In this document: positions 29,121 through 43,960 of the stretch, piece after piece | Position numbering within the stretch: position 1 is the stretch's first letter | How the letters are laid out: every line of letters begins with the position of its first letter | Assembly: GCF_009914755.1 (NCBI RefSeq) | Contig: NC_060925.1 | Length of the DNA stretch: 64,000 nt | Strand: one strand, 5' to 3' | Source of the DNA: the human T2T-CHM13v2.0 reference genome, Homo sapiens | Notes under the pieces: generated by a model | Database searches by the model: none | Told to the model about the DNA's origin: nothing | What the model saw: only the letters and a program-made list of their open reading frames with translations | Position numbers and translations under genes: made by a program

Positions 29121-31228
29121 TAAAAAAATGTAAATTCTCAGTCCACAGTGTTGAGGATGTGAGAGTGAAGGGCTGCTCATCAAGAGGCTTGCTTAGTTGT
29201 TGAGTGTAGGTAAGACACTTAAAGAGAGTCACATTCTTGGGAGAAATTAAGATTCTTCCCTTGCTGTAAGAGGACACCATAAGAAGCCAAGGGTTGGCTC
29301 TGAACAGAGGGTCAAGCCAACCAGGCCCTGCTGTTATCACCTACGGAAATCCTGTGTGGCAGTAAATACAGTCCTCAGCAAAGCCTGGAGAAGAGATTAC
29401 AGGGGGCACAGAGGGGCTGGGGATGCTAATGTGGAGGTTATTGGCCAGATAGTGGCCAGGAAACCAGAGACTAGGGGGGGTTCAGTTGGAGGAGCATAGG
29501 CGGAAATGGGAGAGAAAAATAAATAAATGAGATAAGCAACTTCATTTGCTTCCTCCCTTATTACTCTTTTGTTTTGTGTTTAGGACTCTGGTCTCCCCTG
29601 AGGTTGATCTCTTCTTCTGGGGACAACAGCCTGCAGGGTGATTTTGAAAAGCAGGCTCTGACTTCTACTTCCTTGTCCTGTACTCACCCCACCTGGTGTA
29701 ATTCACCGTAATGCAGTGAACTTCCACATGGCTGCTGGGCATGCTTCCCAAAGCCAGCCCCTGGGCAGGGTTTCCCTTAATTTAGACCCCTGTCCCTACC
29801 TCTCCAAGTGCAAAGTGTACAAGGCTACACGCCCAGCTGCCCCCCACCCCCATACACACACTGGAGAGACCAAATGTTTGAGATCACTGTTGGGTAGCTG
29901 GGTCAAGAGAGCTTCATAACAATGTTGTTGGCATGTGGAGAGCTTTTCTTTTTCTTGGATCCCAACTGGAAATTATCAGCTTCGCCCCATGCTGACATGC
30001 GAATGTCCAGGCCTGCCTTTCTGCTGCAGGGCAATGCTCCAGGTTACAACATCGACACCAAGCAGTTTGTTGAGAAAACTTTGGACCTCATGAGCTGGGC
30101 AAGAGCGGCCTGGCAGGTGGTAGGAGAGCAGCCTGTCCATGCCTCAGCTGTGGCTCCACTGGCTCTGTGACTGTGCAGATTTTCTAACTTTTGAAGACCT
30201 CTGTTTGGATATCCATAAAATAGGTAAGATGGTGCTAATACCTACCTGTGATGTTGTGAAGATTTAATAGCATAATACTTAAAAGCACTTTGCATACATT
30301 AGCAAAGTGCCTAAATATTAGTTATTTGGCGGAGGCTATTAACCAGTGTGCTATGAGGTGCAAAGTAAGTTGTTACCAATAACTCAAAGAACTCCAGTTT
30401 GCAAATGTTTTACTTTTACTTAAGAGAATCTTTGCGGGAGAATTAAAACCAATTAATTCCCACCACTGGCCAAGAGCTCATGCTGTAATTATCCAAGACA
30501 GAATAGCTCAACAGAAAACCAAGTCATGCAATTCTGAGCACTTGTCCTTGGGATGCCACTTTGGGGCTCCCATATCTGAAATCATTTTGTTCTCAGTCCA
30601 CCTGTGTGACATTTCTGTCCTGCTCAGCCACGGGTTCACAATAATCAAGGGAATGACCCAAGGGATTCACTTCTTCCAAGCAGCCGATGCCTTTGGAAGT
30701 TATGTTGACATTGCTTGTTTAAACCTAGGGCAAGAAATCCTTTCTCTGCCAGACCTGACTCTTCAGGCACACTCCTCAGTTTGGAGACGTGACTTGCCAT
30801 GTAGTACTGAGAGGGAAAACAGGCCAGAAACAGCCTTGTTGAAAACTTCTTTTCTGCTTAGCTGCCCTCTGAACAGTCACCATAAAGATTGTGAGGTGCT
30901 GGAGCCAGGGATGACCTCATAAAGCCCTTTGCTAAATACTTAGTGAGCTGGTACTGTGGGCCAGGCACTGTGCTCATCATGAACAAAACCAAGGCAGACA
31001 ACACTGTCATTAATGGAGCTTATCATGTAATACGGAAGCCTGGGATAAGCAACAAATTACACAAGTGACAAATGTGATGAGTGCTGTGAAGCAGAGTGCG
31101 GGGTGCCCAGGGAATCAGCAGAGCCCTGGAGGATAACAGCCTGAGCTCCAGGAAGGAAGGTTGTGGTGGTGCTTAGGGTCAGAGTGGGGACAAGCATTCC
31201 AAGCAAAGGGAAAAGCACATACACATGC

Positions 31229-31768
31229 TATATTAGTCAGGTTTCTCTAGAGGGACAGAACTAACAGGATAGATGTATAAATGAGGGGGAGCTTATTAAG
31301 TAGTATTGACTTGCATGAGCACAAGGTGAAGTCCCACAATAGGCTGTCTGCAAGCCGAAGAGCAGGGAAGCCAGTCCGAGTCCCCAAACCTCAAAAGTAG
31401 GGAAGCTGACAGTGCAGCCTTCTGAAGGCCCCAGAGCCCCCGGCAAACTGCTGGTGTAAATCCAAGAGTCCAAAAGCTGAAGAACTTGGAGTCTGTTGTT
31501 CGAGGGCAGGAAGTATCCAGCACGAGAGAATGATGAAGGCTGGAAGACTCAGCAAGTCTACTCCTTCCATGTTCCTCTGTGTGCTTTTATTCTGGCTGTG
31601 CTGGCAGCTGATTAGATGGTGCCCGCCCAGATTGAGGGTGGGTCTGCCTCTCCCAGTCCACTGACTCAAAAGTTAATATCTTTGGCAACACCCTCACAGA
31701 CACATCCAGGAACAATAGTTTGCATCCTTCAATCTAATCAAGTTGACACCTAATATTAACCATCATAC
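31229..31768 (-). mobile_element. MLT2A-type (ERVL) solo LTR
   Basis: tattagtcagg...agagggacagaacta...ccttcaatctaatcaagttgacac...attaaccatca. Confidence 0.85.
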
Positions 31769-32904
31769 ATCCCCTCCATGGGAAGGAGCATGATGCCTTA
31801 TATAGTCTACTACCCTCAAACCAATCCTACTCCCTCATCCCCAACACCTTCTTCCCCTGGAACTCTAGATAGAGTTTCTTGACTAGACACATAAGCACAA
31901 TTAGGCTATGCCTAATTATGAAGCCATCCCGGTTTATACATTTTCTTGTTATACTTGCCTATTTACAAGTTTTTCTTGTGAAAACTTGCCTATTCTTTTT
32001 GCTGCCTCCTCTCCACCCTAAAAGAGAAACCCTAAGGAAACACTCCCAGAGTTTATTATAGTTATTATGACTCAGATTTGAAGACTAGAATTTAATGGAG
32101 GTTTTCCTAACATTCCTTGGGGACTTGAAGGACTTTTTTTCCCACCAGCCACAGAAGTAAGATTATAAAACATTTATTTATTAAAAGAAAAGAAATCTTC
32201 TGGGCTCAAAGTTCTAGTTATTCTAAAAGCAGAGCACTTGTTCCATGTTTTCATATCGCCTCCCCACACCTACCTCTCCTCTCCCATTCTCTATTTCTTT
32301 ATTTCTGTGCTGTAGTAATAAGCAAAACAGAGAAGCAATTGGTTTTAGTCTTGGATCTTGACCTTGCTGTGTGGCCTTGGCCAAGTCACTTCCCCTTTCT
32401 CAGCCTCAGTTTCTTCAAGTGTAAAATGAGAGATTGGATGGATCAGAAGATTCAGGCCTCCTTGAAGATCCCCATGGGTGAACCCCAACACACAGGCTAT
32501 TCAGCCAGCAGCCCCAAGTCCTTTATGAAAAGCCAAGGTTGATTGAAACTCTCCCTTCTCAGGAGAGAAACTAGAGGCAAAGCTTCCTCATCAGCAGAGA
32601 TAAACTTGGCAGGAGCCAATTCAGGTACCAGTAAAGGATATCTTCTTCTGCAGGCCAGCCTCCCTCTCTCCAGCTTGGTTCAATCCTGCATTCATTGACA
32701 CTGCACTTCTATAAGCCCTTAGAACTCTGGGAATTCTCTCCTAGTTTTCCTAGGTATGCTTGCTGTTTCTACATGGGTTTCCTGTGAATGACCAGACCAA
32801 TAATCAAATGCCTCCAGGACCCATAACACAAATGAGAAGAGTTCTCTCATTATGACAGGTAGGACCATGGCCAACTCAGGGCTCGTGCTTGATCGAAGGG
32901 GATC

Positions 32905-33390
32905 TGTGTTAGTCAGCATTCTCCAGAGAAATGGAACCCATTGGATAGATATGTAAAGAGATTTATTATGGGAGTTGGCTCATGCAATTGTGGAGTCCTA
33001 GAAGACCCACCACCTCCTGTCTGCAAGCTGGAGAAACAGCAAAGCCAGTGACGTAATTAAGTCTGAATCCAAAGGCATAAGATCAAGGAGAACTGATGGT
33101 GTAAGTCCCAAAGTCCAAAGGCTTGAGAACCAGGAGCTCTGATATCTAAGGGAAGATGTCCCAGCTCCGGAAGACAGAATTCACCCTTCCTCTGCCTTTT
33201 GTTTTATTTGAGCCCTCAATGGGCTGGATGATGCCTATTCACATTGGTGAGGGTGGATCTTCTTTACTCAGTCTACTGATTAACACCTGTTCCAGAAACG
33301 CCCTCACAGGCACACCCAGAGATATTGTTTTCCCAGCTATCTGGGCACCCCTTAGCCCAGTCAAATCAACACATAAAATTAATCATCATA
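32905..33390 (-). mobile_element. MLT2 (C/D-type) solo LTR
   Basis: ttagtcagcattctccagagaaa...cccagtcaaatcaacacataaaattaatcatca. Confidence 0.8.
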
Positions 33391-34294
33391 GGCTCTAAGT
33401 TCTACTTAGCTCCAACCAGTTGGAGTCATTTTGGAATAAGTGTAAAGTGTTTTCAGATATTCTGATCTTACAAGTGAAGCTGGAAATTAGCATTTTTAAG
33501 TAAAGATGACTCAATTAAGAAAAAACAAAAACAAAAACCATGGCACGAGCAGAAGACGGTGCATCAGATTCAGGCCTGTGGTTGCTGGTTGGTTACCTGT
33601 GGGTGTAAGCAAAGTACTGGGTCCTTTCCCATTCTAGACTATATTTACAAAATCAGTAATGCTTAGCTATGCATTCTTTCATTTAACAATTATTTGTCAA
33701 CTACCATGAGCTGGTATTATGTAGAATGCTGGTAAAATAGATAACTAAGACCCAACACATGTGTAAATGAGAATGAGTGTGATATAATCAATGTCTCCTG
33801 GGCTAGGTGTCTCTTTTTTGCTTCCACAGCACCTGTGTATACTTCCATTATGGCATGTAACATGCTGGCAAGAAATTGATTCATTGGGTTGTGTCTTCTC
33901 AGCTGCCTGAAGAATGAAATCATATACTCTAGTTTCATATGCCCAGCATTGTACACAACTTGACACATCACAGCAGCTCTAGGAAAGCACATAGGCTGAC
34001 AACTGAGTGAACAACCCACTGACTGTGTGTCGTTCAGGGTTGGGAAAGCAAGGGCAGGTCTCTGTGCCCCATCTCTAGCTTTTCCTCAACTTAGGCTTTA
34101 TAAACCCTTGCATCAAAAAATAAAAGCTAAGGCTAATTGTTTCAAATTAGGCTATCTTATTTCTACCCAGTAACTTCCCCACCACCAAGAAAGGAGTAAT
34201 TTAAAGGAGCAAACTGTAGAAATAAATAGGAATAAAAGCATTACCTCTGAAAGCCAAGGCCATTAATTCATTAAAAAAAAAAAAAAAAATCAAA

Positions 34295-34590
<296 letters not shown>

Positions 34591-35917
34591 TCAAGATGAA
34601 TAACATACTCTTATGTAACAGGTGAAAGTCTTAAAGGACTTAAAGGAAAGTCTTAAAGTAAAGTCTTAAAGGACTTCACTTCATGTGTGAATTCTCAGTG
34701 TAATGGAAAATCCATTGGTTTAGGAATCAGATCACCTGGCTTTTAGTCCACTTCTGCAACTGTGAGATCTCAAGTAACCTACTGACTCCATCTGGGCCTC
34801 AGTTTCCTTCACTGTAAAGTGAGAGGTAATTGGAGGATCTCCAGAGTTACTTCTGGGTCTCATAGACTGTGCTTCCTGGCAACCAGTTGCCTCTTCTGAG
34901 ACCACCTGGCCTGGTAGGAAGAAAAACACAAAGAAATATATGAGTAAACATAATCATGCCTCCTTCTGCAACAGTAGCCATAACTCTGCTCTCCACAGGA
35001 CAAAGGAATGAGTAATAGTGCAGTTGAAATCTCATCTACTTCCCTCTTCTTCAAGAACCAAGGGGCTGCTCCAAACATCTTGAAATGCAACATAAAACAC
35101 AAACAGACCACACCAGAGACCAGATCCAGGTTTTAACAGCACTTTGATGCTTGGCAGATTTCTCTGGATTTGTTTTTTAGGCTGACACACAGCGCCTCTC
35201 CGTTCACCCTGCAGCATTCTCTAACTGGGACTTCAGAAACCCATTAGGAAAAGGAGTGCAGGGTGTGGAGTAAGGGAAGGTTTGGATGAAAGGCTAGGAA
35301 ATGCTCCCTCAGGGGAAGGGAAATCTGGCACCATCAATAACTTTAAGTCTATAAAATTATTTTCTTCTGGGACTAAAAGCTCACATGATACACTATATTT
35401 ATCACTCACTGAATCTCATTGTCTTATTCAAAATTTCCACTTCCTACAGTTAACTTCTTTTGGCCCATGACCTGTCACATTTCTTTTATGGCTAGTATAT
35501 TGAATTTCAACTATCAGCAGTCATTTATTAAAAACAAAACACATCCACAGAAAACCAGGCAGACACAGCTTGATTAATAACAAGTCGGTGCTTTCCTCTC
35601 ATACTTCTTTCAGGTTAGAGAAGTTGGAAAACCGCTAATGAGTCTTCTGTACCTTTTAAAGAAATGTCTTAGAGTAATCTTACAATTAGGAGTTTCCTAT
35701 GTCAGGTAGAAATTAAATGCTTTGAAAGCTTCCAGTTTCAAAAAAGGTGGTGAGCTAGCACAGGATATTGGCTTCCTCCCAAAGCCCAATCTTGAAGTGA
35801 GAGGAAGTTGCCAGATCCTGAAAATGAAGAGAAAAGCTGTAGAGATTTTCATGGTGAGGGTGGGAGACATGGTAAGGGTGAGACTGGGGGAGGGCAAAAT
35901 GTCACAGACACTTTGGG

Positions 35918-36423
35918 TGTGATGAGTAATTTTATGTCAGCTTGACTGGACCAAGGATGCCCTGACATTTGATCAAACATTATCCTGGGTTTGTCTGTGA
36001 GGTTGTTTCTGGATAAGGTTGGCATTTGAATTGGTAGACTGAGTAATGCAGATTGCCTTTCCTAATATGGGTGGGCCTCATCTAATCAGTTGAAGGCTTG
36101 GCTAGAACTGAAGACTGAGAAAGAGGAAAATTCTTCTGCCGGACTATTTGAGCAGGAACATCGGTCTTTTTCTACCTTTGGATTTGAACTAAAACATCAG
36201 CTCTTCCTGGGCTTTGAGCCTGCCACCTTTCGGACTGGAATTTACGCCATCAGCTCTCCTGGTTCTTAGGTGTTTGGACTCAGATTGGAATGACACTTCG
36301 GCTCTCCTGGGTCTTCAAGTTGCTGACTACTGACCTTGAGACTTCTTGGCCAGCCCCCATAATCCTGTGAGCCAATTAGTCTCCTGTTGGTTTTGTTTCT
36401 CTGGAGAACCTTGACTAACATAC
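35918..36423 (+). mobile_element. MLT2 (D-type) solo LTR
   Basis: tgtgatgagtaattttatgtcagcttgactgg...tctctggagaaccttgactaaca. Confidence 0.8.
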
Positions 36424-36899
36424 TGGAGTTATGCCTGGAAAGTGCTTGCCAGTTGGTTTCTTTCTTTCCTTCATATTTATCTGGATGGATCACTGCCCAC
36501 CACATTGACCCTATAGGACAGGAAAATAGTTATGCCTCTCAAAGGCAACAGAATAAGATCCTAGATCCTGACCAGGATAGTCAATAGAGATTTGCTGGAC
36601 AGGCCACTCTGAGGATTCCCTTACCAAAACCTTTTTAACATTCCATTTTACCTCCTCTACTGGTTACTTACCTCTTTGCATTTTTTTTTTAGCAGTTGTT
36701 CTAGGGATTGCATATGCATCCTTAACTTATCACTTAGAGCTAATATTGCATGAAATATAAGAGCAATATGCAATATGATAGCAATGTCCTGCTGATGCTT
36801 TGGGCTTAGAGATTACCACAGAGAAAGACAGCCTCTGAAAAGAGCAGTGCCTGAGTGGAGGTTCTGGGCATTACTACATACCTAGGAATTATAGCAGAA

Positions 36900-39660
36900 T
36901 GCAACATCATCCTGAAGTGCTTAGAAGCGTGCCCCTTTCCCAACTCACTTGGAGTCTATACAATCTAGGCATTTGACTCTCCTCCAAGGTATATACGAAC
37001 AGTAATGGTAGCTGATAGGATTTCAGAAGAAAAAAAAAAAAAAAGAGAATTCTGAGGAACACAAACATCAGTAAAGAAAGGCCAAAAACTGAACAACATA
37101 TACCAGAGGAAGCAGAGTTAAGGGTCTGGGAAGAACAGGAATATAAATAAATGTAATAAGTATTTTCAAAATTCTAATAAAGGATGTTGGAAACAAGAAG
37201 CAGATATAAATTATGAATAGGAGCCAAATGGAAATACAGGGTAGAAAAAATATAATAGTTGAAATAGAGAGTTCAGTGGGATGAAAGTATTTTTTCTTCC
37301 TTCCATTTCTTTAAAATATATGAGTGTTTAAAGCAAAAATTAGAGTACTCTCTTTGGGGTTTATAATGTATTGAGATATAATATGTATGTAACAATAGCA
37401 CAAAGGCTGGGAGTGGACAAATGGAATTATACTGTTGCAATATGCTCTTATATTTCAGGCAATATTAGCTCTAAGTAATAAGTTAAGGATGCATATACAA
37501 TCCCTAGAACAACTGCTAAACAAAAAATGCGAAGAGGTAAAGCTAAGTAGCCAGTAGAGGCGATAAAATGGAATGCTAAAAAATATTCAGTCATTCGGGT
37601 GCGGTGGCTCATGCCTGTAATCCCAGCCCGTTGGGAGGCCATATAAAACCCAAGTTTCTACTTTATGAAACTAGAAGAAGAAGAGCAATTAAACCCACAG
37701 TAAATATAAAGAAAGAAATGCTAGGGATAAGAGAAGAAATCAATCACATACAAAATAGAAAAATAATAGAGACAACTAACAAAATCAAAAATTGGTTATT
37801 TTGGAAGATTAATGAAGTGAAACATATGTCCACAAAAAGACTTTACAAGATTGTTTATAGCAACTTTATTCATAATAGACAATAACTGGAAACCAATGTC
37901 TATGAATAGAAGAATAGATAGATCAATGTGGTATAGTCATACAATGGTATACTACTGAACAATACAAAGGAAAGAACTGTTAGAACACACAACAGCATGG
38001 ATCAATGTCTCAGACATGCTGAGCAAGAGGCAAAACAAAAGGGAGTAGATACTTTATGATCCCATTTATATGAGGCCAAGAACAGGAAAACAGACAAAAA
38101 TCTATGGTGAAAAAAATAAAATATAAGAAATGGCTGCTGGTGGGAAGGTGGTTGACAAAAGAACTTTCTGGGATCATGGAAATGCTTTATATCTTGATAG
38201 CTGTGTGGTTAGATGGGTGATTTCATTTACCACTACTCATCAAACTGCAGTTAAAATCTGTGCATTTCACTTCTGAAGATTGTATATGAAGAAGAACTGT
38301 AAGCAAACATTAAACTTATTATGAAGTTTGCTTGTTGAAGTAGTAATGGTTAGCAAAAGAGTAAAAATATTGAGGATAATGGGAGCCAGATTTCCCATTG
38401 TTGGAGTTACAAACACAGCAAGAAGGATGAGTAGAATGTACTCTGTGTTGTTGAATTGAGATTAGGGGTATCAGTCTGAACATCAGTATAATAAAATACA
38501 TGATATATTATATATATTTCCTAGCCATTGTCACCTGAAAAGACCTAAAAGCCATGCCACATCGGCGGCAATGGTTCTATCTAATGCCCAGATCCTGGTT
38601 TCTAAATACCACCTTCCATTAAAAGAAATCAGCGTTCTTTGGAGAAAAGGCTGATTCCAGGGCTGGGGCAGAAGTCAACAATGAGCCTAGAACATCTTGT
38701 TTGTGCTGGAAAGTCAGGAAGTGCTTGTCCAGTAACGAGGATATGTTAAAACCATATTGGAGCTAGCCTGAAGTGGCTGTCACAGGCCAAATCTATTATA
38801 ATTTTATAATTGAATAGTAATAAATTAAACTCATTTGACAAAATGAAAATCCATTGATCCATATTGATATTGTCAGTCAATGAATAAAGAAATAAATACG
38901 GGTAAAGAACAAGCTCTTCCTTACAGCAGAAGGAATGTTGGAGTTAGAAAATTATCAATGGGTGCTAAAACTGAAAAGTGAAAATTTAGGGAAGAAAAGA
39001 ACATTTACATTGTCTCAAAGGATCTTGCAAAATATTACTTATTAGTTACGAAGGTGAAAATACTACCCTTACAGTGGAGAAATATGGCAGTTTTCACCTT
39101 ACATCAAGAAGCTTTAGACAAACCCAAATTGAGGAATATTCTACAAAATAACTGATATGTCCTCTTCAGAAAAGTCAAGGTTAAGAAAAAAGGCTGAGAA
39201 ACTGTTCCAAATTAAAGGAGGTTAAAGAGATAAGCCAACACAGCACAGTGCATGATCCTGGACTGGATACTGGTTTGGGAGAGCAGAATAGCTCTGTGCC
39301 CAGTACTGGGACAAATGTTACCATTTGAATATGCAATGTAGATTACATAATCATATTGTATTATGTCAGTGTTAAATATCCAGATTTTGATAATGGAACT
39401 GTGACATATAAAAGAATGTTTGTGTTTTTAAGGAAATAAACATTGAAATATTTAGGGATAAAGGGGCTGATATCTCCAGCTTACTCTCAAATGATTAAAA
39501 ATGCCTACATATAAATAGATAGAAATAGGAAGTAAGGAAGCAAATGGGGCAAAATATGAAATGATTAATAAATCTAGGTAAAGAGTATATGGGCATTTCC
39601 TGCACTATTCTTTCAATTTTTCTTTAAATTTGAAATTGTATCAAAATTATAAGTTACCAA
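36900..39660 (+). mobile_element. Fragmented ancient L1M (MC/MD-type), with a 45-nt Alu 5' stub at 37596-37640
   Basis: ORF2-like KIKNWLFWKINE fragment; L1M 3'UTR motifs (gatcctggactggatactgg). Confidence 0.65.
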
Positions 39661-41979
39661 CAAAATCCATGGGGAAAGGATTGTTTAGTAGAAGCAATCG
39701 AAATAGTGAGGAGTTAAAGGCAACCATAAATCTCTTCCCAAGGAACGAATAGTTATGTCAGACACAAATAATGGAATACAATGCAGAGTCAGAATTTTTA
39801 AATTATTTATCTGTCATCTATCTTATTTATCAATCAATCTTGAAAGGACAACATGACTAAATCTCAAAAATATATTTTTGCATGAAAAAGTAATGAATAT
39901 AACGAGATCCACAGATAAATACGATTTGTGTACATTAATCACATATATGCAATAATATCATCATATTTACAGGTATGGACCTAACTAAGAACATAAAGTA
40001 GATACCCAGGAGTGGGTGCTTATGGGAGAGAAATGAATGAAAGTCAGGCTGGAAGAATAAAAGGAGAAAATAATAAAGTAAAATAACATAAGAAAGGAGC
40101 CTTGCAAGGGATGATGATGATGATATGACATGGACAGAAAAATATGATTAAGTTAAATATTTGCCACTGGTGTCCCAAAAATAGGAGGTGGTGGAAGAAA
40201 GGAAACAAAATGTGGAGTCCCTTTCAAGATGCCATTTAGACTCAGGTTTTTAGTTGATTCATTCATAAAACACATACTTGCCTGTGCACCAGGCACCTTG
40301 CTAGATGCTGGGAAAATAGTTTGAACGAGATAGGAACTAGGAACATCTTACAGTCCAGGAAACTAACCCCAGTGAGTGTTAGTATGTCACCGGAGAAGGC
40401 CAAGGATGGTATTTGCGATGAGGAAAGTTCAGAATAACTACCTTTTGCTGAGTTTGCCCAATTAATTCTGCTTCTATGAATGAATCATAGGAAGCCACTT
40501 TACCATTTCCCTTCAATTTATGCCTCCTTGCTATTTGGAGAATTTCCTTTAATTCCTGTTCTCTGTAATGTATTATCAATTTTGTTTTGACTAACTTGAT
40601 CTGTTAAACTAGCCCTATGCACTGTTAAGAGTAATCCTCATAATCGTGAAGCCTGTCTATACCATTCATTGGTCCCTTGTTACTGTTCTTTTCCGTAATA
40701 CTTGGTAGACATGTCGGGCCCTTCCTATGAAAAGCATAGGCTCTTTCTGCTCCCCTCAGGCCTATCATAATACTTTGCATTTGTTACACTCTCAGTTATA
40801 TGGAATTAATAAATAAAGATATGCTAAATTAACTCAGGAGCAATCTAGTTGTGACATCTTGACTCTTGGGTTTCTACCCAAGTATCTAATCATTGCTATT
40901 GTATTTTAGAAGAAAAAAAATTTGTTAAGCATTTTTACAAACCTTAACATGAATTACTATACCTTTAGTCATTGGCAGTTCAGGATCCAACTAAGGAGAA
41001 ATATATTTTCCCACAGATGGTCTAGGACGCAAACCACATTGTTTGTACTTTTGAAAAATAAAATAAAAATAAGATATTGCAAGAGCTTTGAAGTGCGTGG
41101 GTAACAATGGCAGGTTCCTTTGTTGAGCAGCGGATTTTCCTAATGCCACTCAGCTAGATTCTTATCAAACATTTCTGATCAGGAGACAATGAAAATGACC
41201 CAGCATGAATAAAAGAACAGATGAGAAATGTGCTGTGATAAAGGCTGAAAAGGAGGCAGGCAAGTGCCTGGGTCTTCATTGAAAACAAATAACCCGAGGT
41301 GGGGAGAGAGGCTCGCTTTATCTTTGGCATTCTTTTTATAGCTCTGATCCGGAATTGTTTTCCCTTGAAAATGAATGGAGTGCCAGGGAGAGCTGCTTGA
41401 TCTTATTCTCTGGCCTTTTCATTGCACTGTGCAGCCATTTTAATGAGTTATTTCTCACAGTCGCCCTACCAGGCAGGTCATCATCAATATCCTTGTTTTC
41501 CAGGCAAAGCCTAAGTGAGGCAAGGGCTGAGGGTGATTCAGTAATGGGTCTTAATTATGTGAGGTTCATGTGGCTGAGGATGGCGAGCAGCTGTTTTGGG
41601 GAGTCTCTCCTGAGTTCAGAGGAGAAGGTATGAGCAGAGCTGGGGCAGGGGCAACATTACAGCAAAAGGAGTTCTGGACTAGGAGAGTGTTCCCTGCATT
41701 ATCATGGAGGTTTCTGAGAAGAGGAATCTGGCTTCTGCCTCTTGGTTTGTACCACCAAAGCATCTACTAGATGCTATAGATGTACATCTCCCAGAAAATA
41801 AATGCTCAGTTGGTCGATTGATGAATGATATGAACAAGTCTTTATGTAGGGATATTTCGACCAAAGCTAGGGACAGATTGATCCGGTCCAACTTGACCTA
41901 CCAAGAAGAAAAGACCAAAAGATTCTACGAGGTCACTGGCATTTCTTAGGATGCATAAGTAGTACTTATCTGCCATTAA

Positions 41980-42720
41980 CACTGTTCAATTTAATTCAAA
42001 GTTCAGTCAAGTTAATGCTTTTGATCATCTGCTACATGGAAGGTGATAGACAAGGCTCTGGGTGGATTGCAGAAATAAATCAATTATGGCTCCTGCCTCA
42101 TAAAGTGAAAGGTAGAGTGGGAGAGAAAGAAATGCATGCAACTTCTTACAATACAGGTATCTGAGAATATGAGAAGTGCTATCTTAGAAATTCAATTAGT
42201 TCATGAGACTATGGAAGAGGAAGTGAAGAATTCCAGTTTGGGCATTGGGAGTGAAGGGATAATAACTACACGTATTAACATTACTATGTGCCATGCAGAT
42301 GATAAGTGCTTTACCTGAATTATTTTATTTAATGCTTACAACTGTATACAATAAGTACGAATGCGATTTTAATTTTCTTCATGATCATACGGAAGCAGAG
42401 AGCAGTTAAGTAACATACTAGCAAGCAGCAGAGGCAGAATTGAACTAAGGCTGTCTGACAGCGCTTAAGCTAAGTTTAAAGAAAATGCATGGATTTAGCA
42501 CATGTTATATTCCAGTCTCTGGGTTAGGTGTTTAATATATATTATTTATTTACTTCTATAAATAACTCTAAAAATTATATTATCTCCCTTTGACACATCT
42601 GAGATTCAAAGAGTTTAAATGACTTGATCAAGTTACATGGTTAATAAATATCAAAAGGCACTTTCCTGCCCAGACTGGTGTGGCCTCATGCTGTGTCATT
42701 TCCACTCTCCACAAGGCTGC
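41980..42720 (-). mobile_element. L2 fragment followed by two MIRs
   Basis: Degenerate motifs (aagtgctttacctgaattattttatttaat; gagtttaaatgacttgatcaagttacatgg). Confidence 0.5.
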
Positions 42721-42947
42721 TTCAAGTAGAAAATAGTCAATGCTTCCTCAAGACCTCAGGAACCCCAGGCAGCTAGCCACGTCCAGCTGAAGGCAATTGA
42801 CAGATCTCAGGCACGGTCTCTTAAAAGCCTCCAGCCCCCTGTAGGTTCAAGCCCATGGATAAACTGCCATCTGGAGCCCTGCAGCATCAACAGACTCAGG
42901 TAGAGCTTTCAGCCCTTCAGAACTGGTCATGTTGTCCCCAGGGTAGT

Positions 42948-43960
42948 TGTATTAGTTATCTATTGCAGTGTAAAAAATTACAGCAAGTTTAGTGGTGTAA
43001 AACATACATTACTATCTCATGGTTTCAGCATTCAAGCATCTGGCCATGGCTTAACTAGGTCCTCTGCTCAGAGTCTCACAAGGCACAAAGTATTGGCCAG
43101 TTGCATTTTCATCTGGAGCTTGGGCTCCACTTCCAAGCTCATGTAGGCTATTGGCAGAATTCAGTTCCTCCCAATGGTAGGACTAAGGTCCTCAAGTCCT
43201 AGATGCTGCCTCCCTCCAGAGGCAGTTGACAGCATGGCTGTTTGCTTTTTAAAAGCCTGCAGGAGAGCATCTGTTATGGACTGAATGTTTGTGTTCTCCC
43301 CCAAATCTGTATGTTGAAATCCTAACCCACAATGTGATCATATTAGGAGATGGGGCCTTTGAGAGATTATTAGGCCATGAGGATGGAGCCCTCATTAATG
43401 GGATTAGTGCCTCTATATAAGGAACTCCAGAGAGCTCTTTGGCTCTCTTTCTGTCATTTGAGAAGGCAGCTGTCTACAAAACAGGAAAAGAGCCCTCACC
43501 AGAACCTAAACATGCTGGCACTCTGATTTTGGTCTTCCAGCCTCCAGAACTGTGAGAAATAAGTTTCTATTGTTTACAAATCACTCTGTCTGTGGTAATT
43601 TGCCATAGCAGCTCCAAGGGACTAAGGCAGTGCCTCGTTCCTGAGGAAGGACACATGCCTCCTTTAAGGACTTTCATTTGATTAAGTCAAACCCTTGCAA
43701 AATAACCTCATTTTTGGTTCACTCAAAATCAAATGATTTGGGACCTCAATTACATCTGCAAAATCTCTTCATTTTTTGCAATATAATGTAGACAAATCAC
43801 AGGAATGATATCCCACCCTATTCACAGGACTTGCCCACACTCATAGGGAGGGAATTATGTACAGCAAGTACACCATGGAGCAAGAATTTGAGGATCGTCT
43901 TAGAATTCCACCTGCCATGGGGCAAGAATTTGAGAATCGTCTTAGAATTCTGCCTGCCAT
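42948..43960 (-). mobile_element. Older MLT1 (E/F-type) LTR with nested MLT1A
   Basis: tgtattagttatctattgc...ttggcagaattcagttcct...cttagaattctgcctgcca. Confidence 0.7.
43272..43629 (+). mobile_element. MLT1A-type MaLR LTR
   Basis: tgttatggactgaatgtttgtg...cagcctccagaactgtgagaaataa...gactaaggca. Confidence 0.85.

Larger units (their letters stand above)
30970..34144 (+). ncRNA. LINC01352: Probable lncRNA locus LINC01352 (exons not resolvable)
   Basis: Recalled annotation downstream of MTARC1; only direct support is AATAAA at 34119-34124; boundaries uncertain. Confidence 0.35.
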
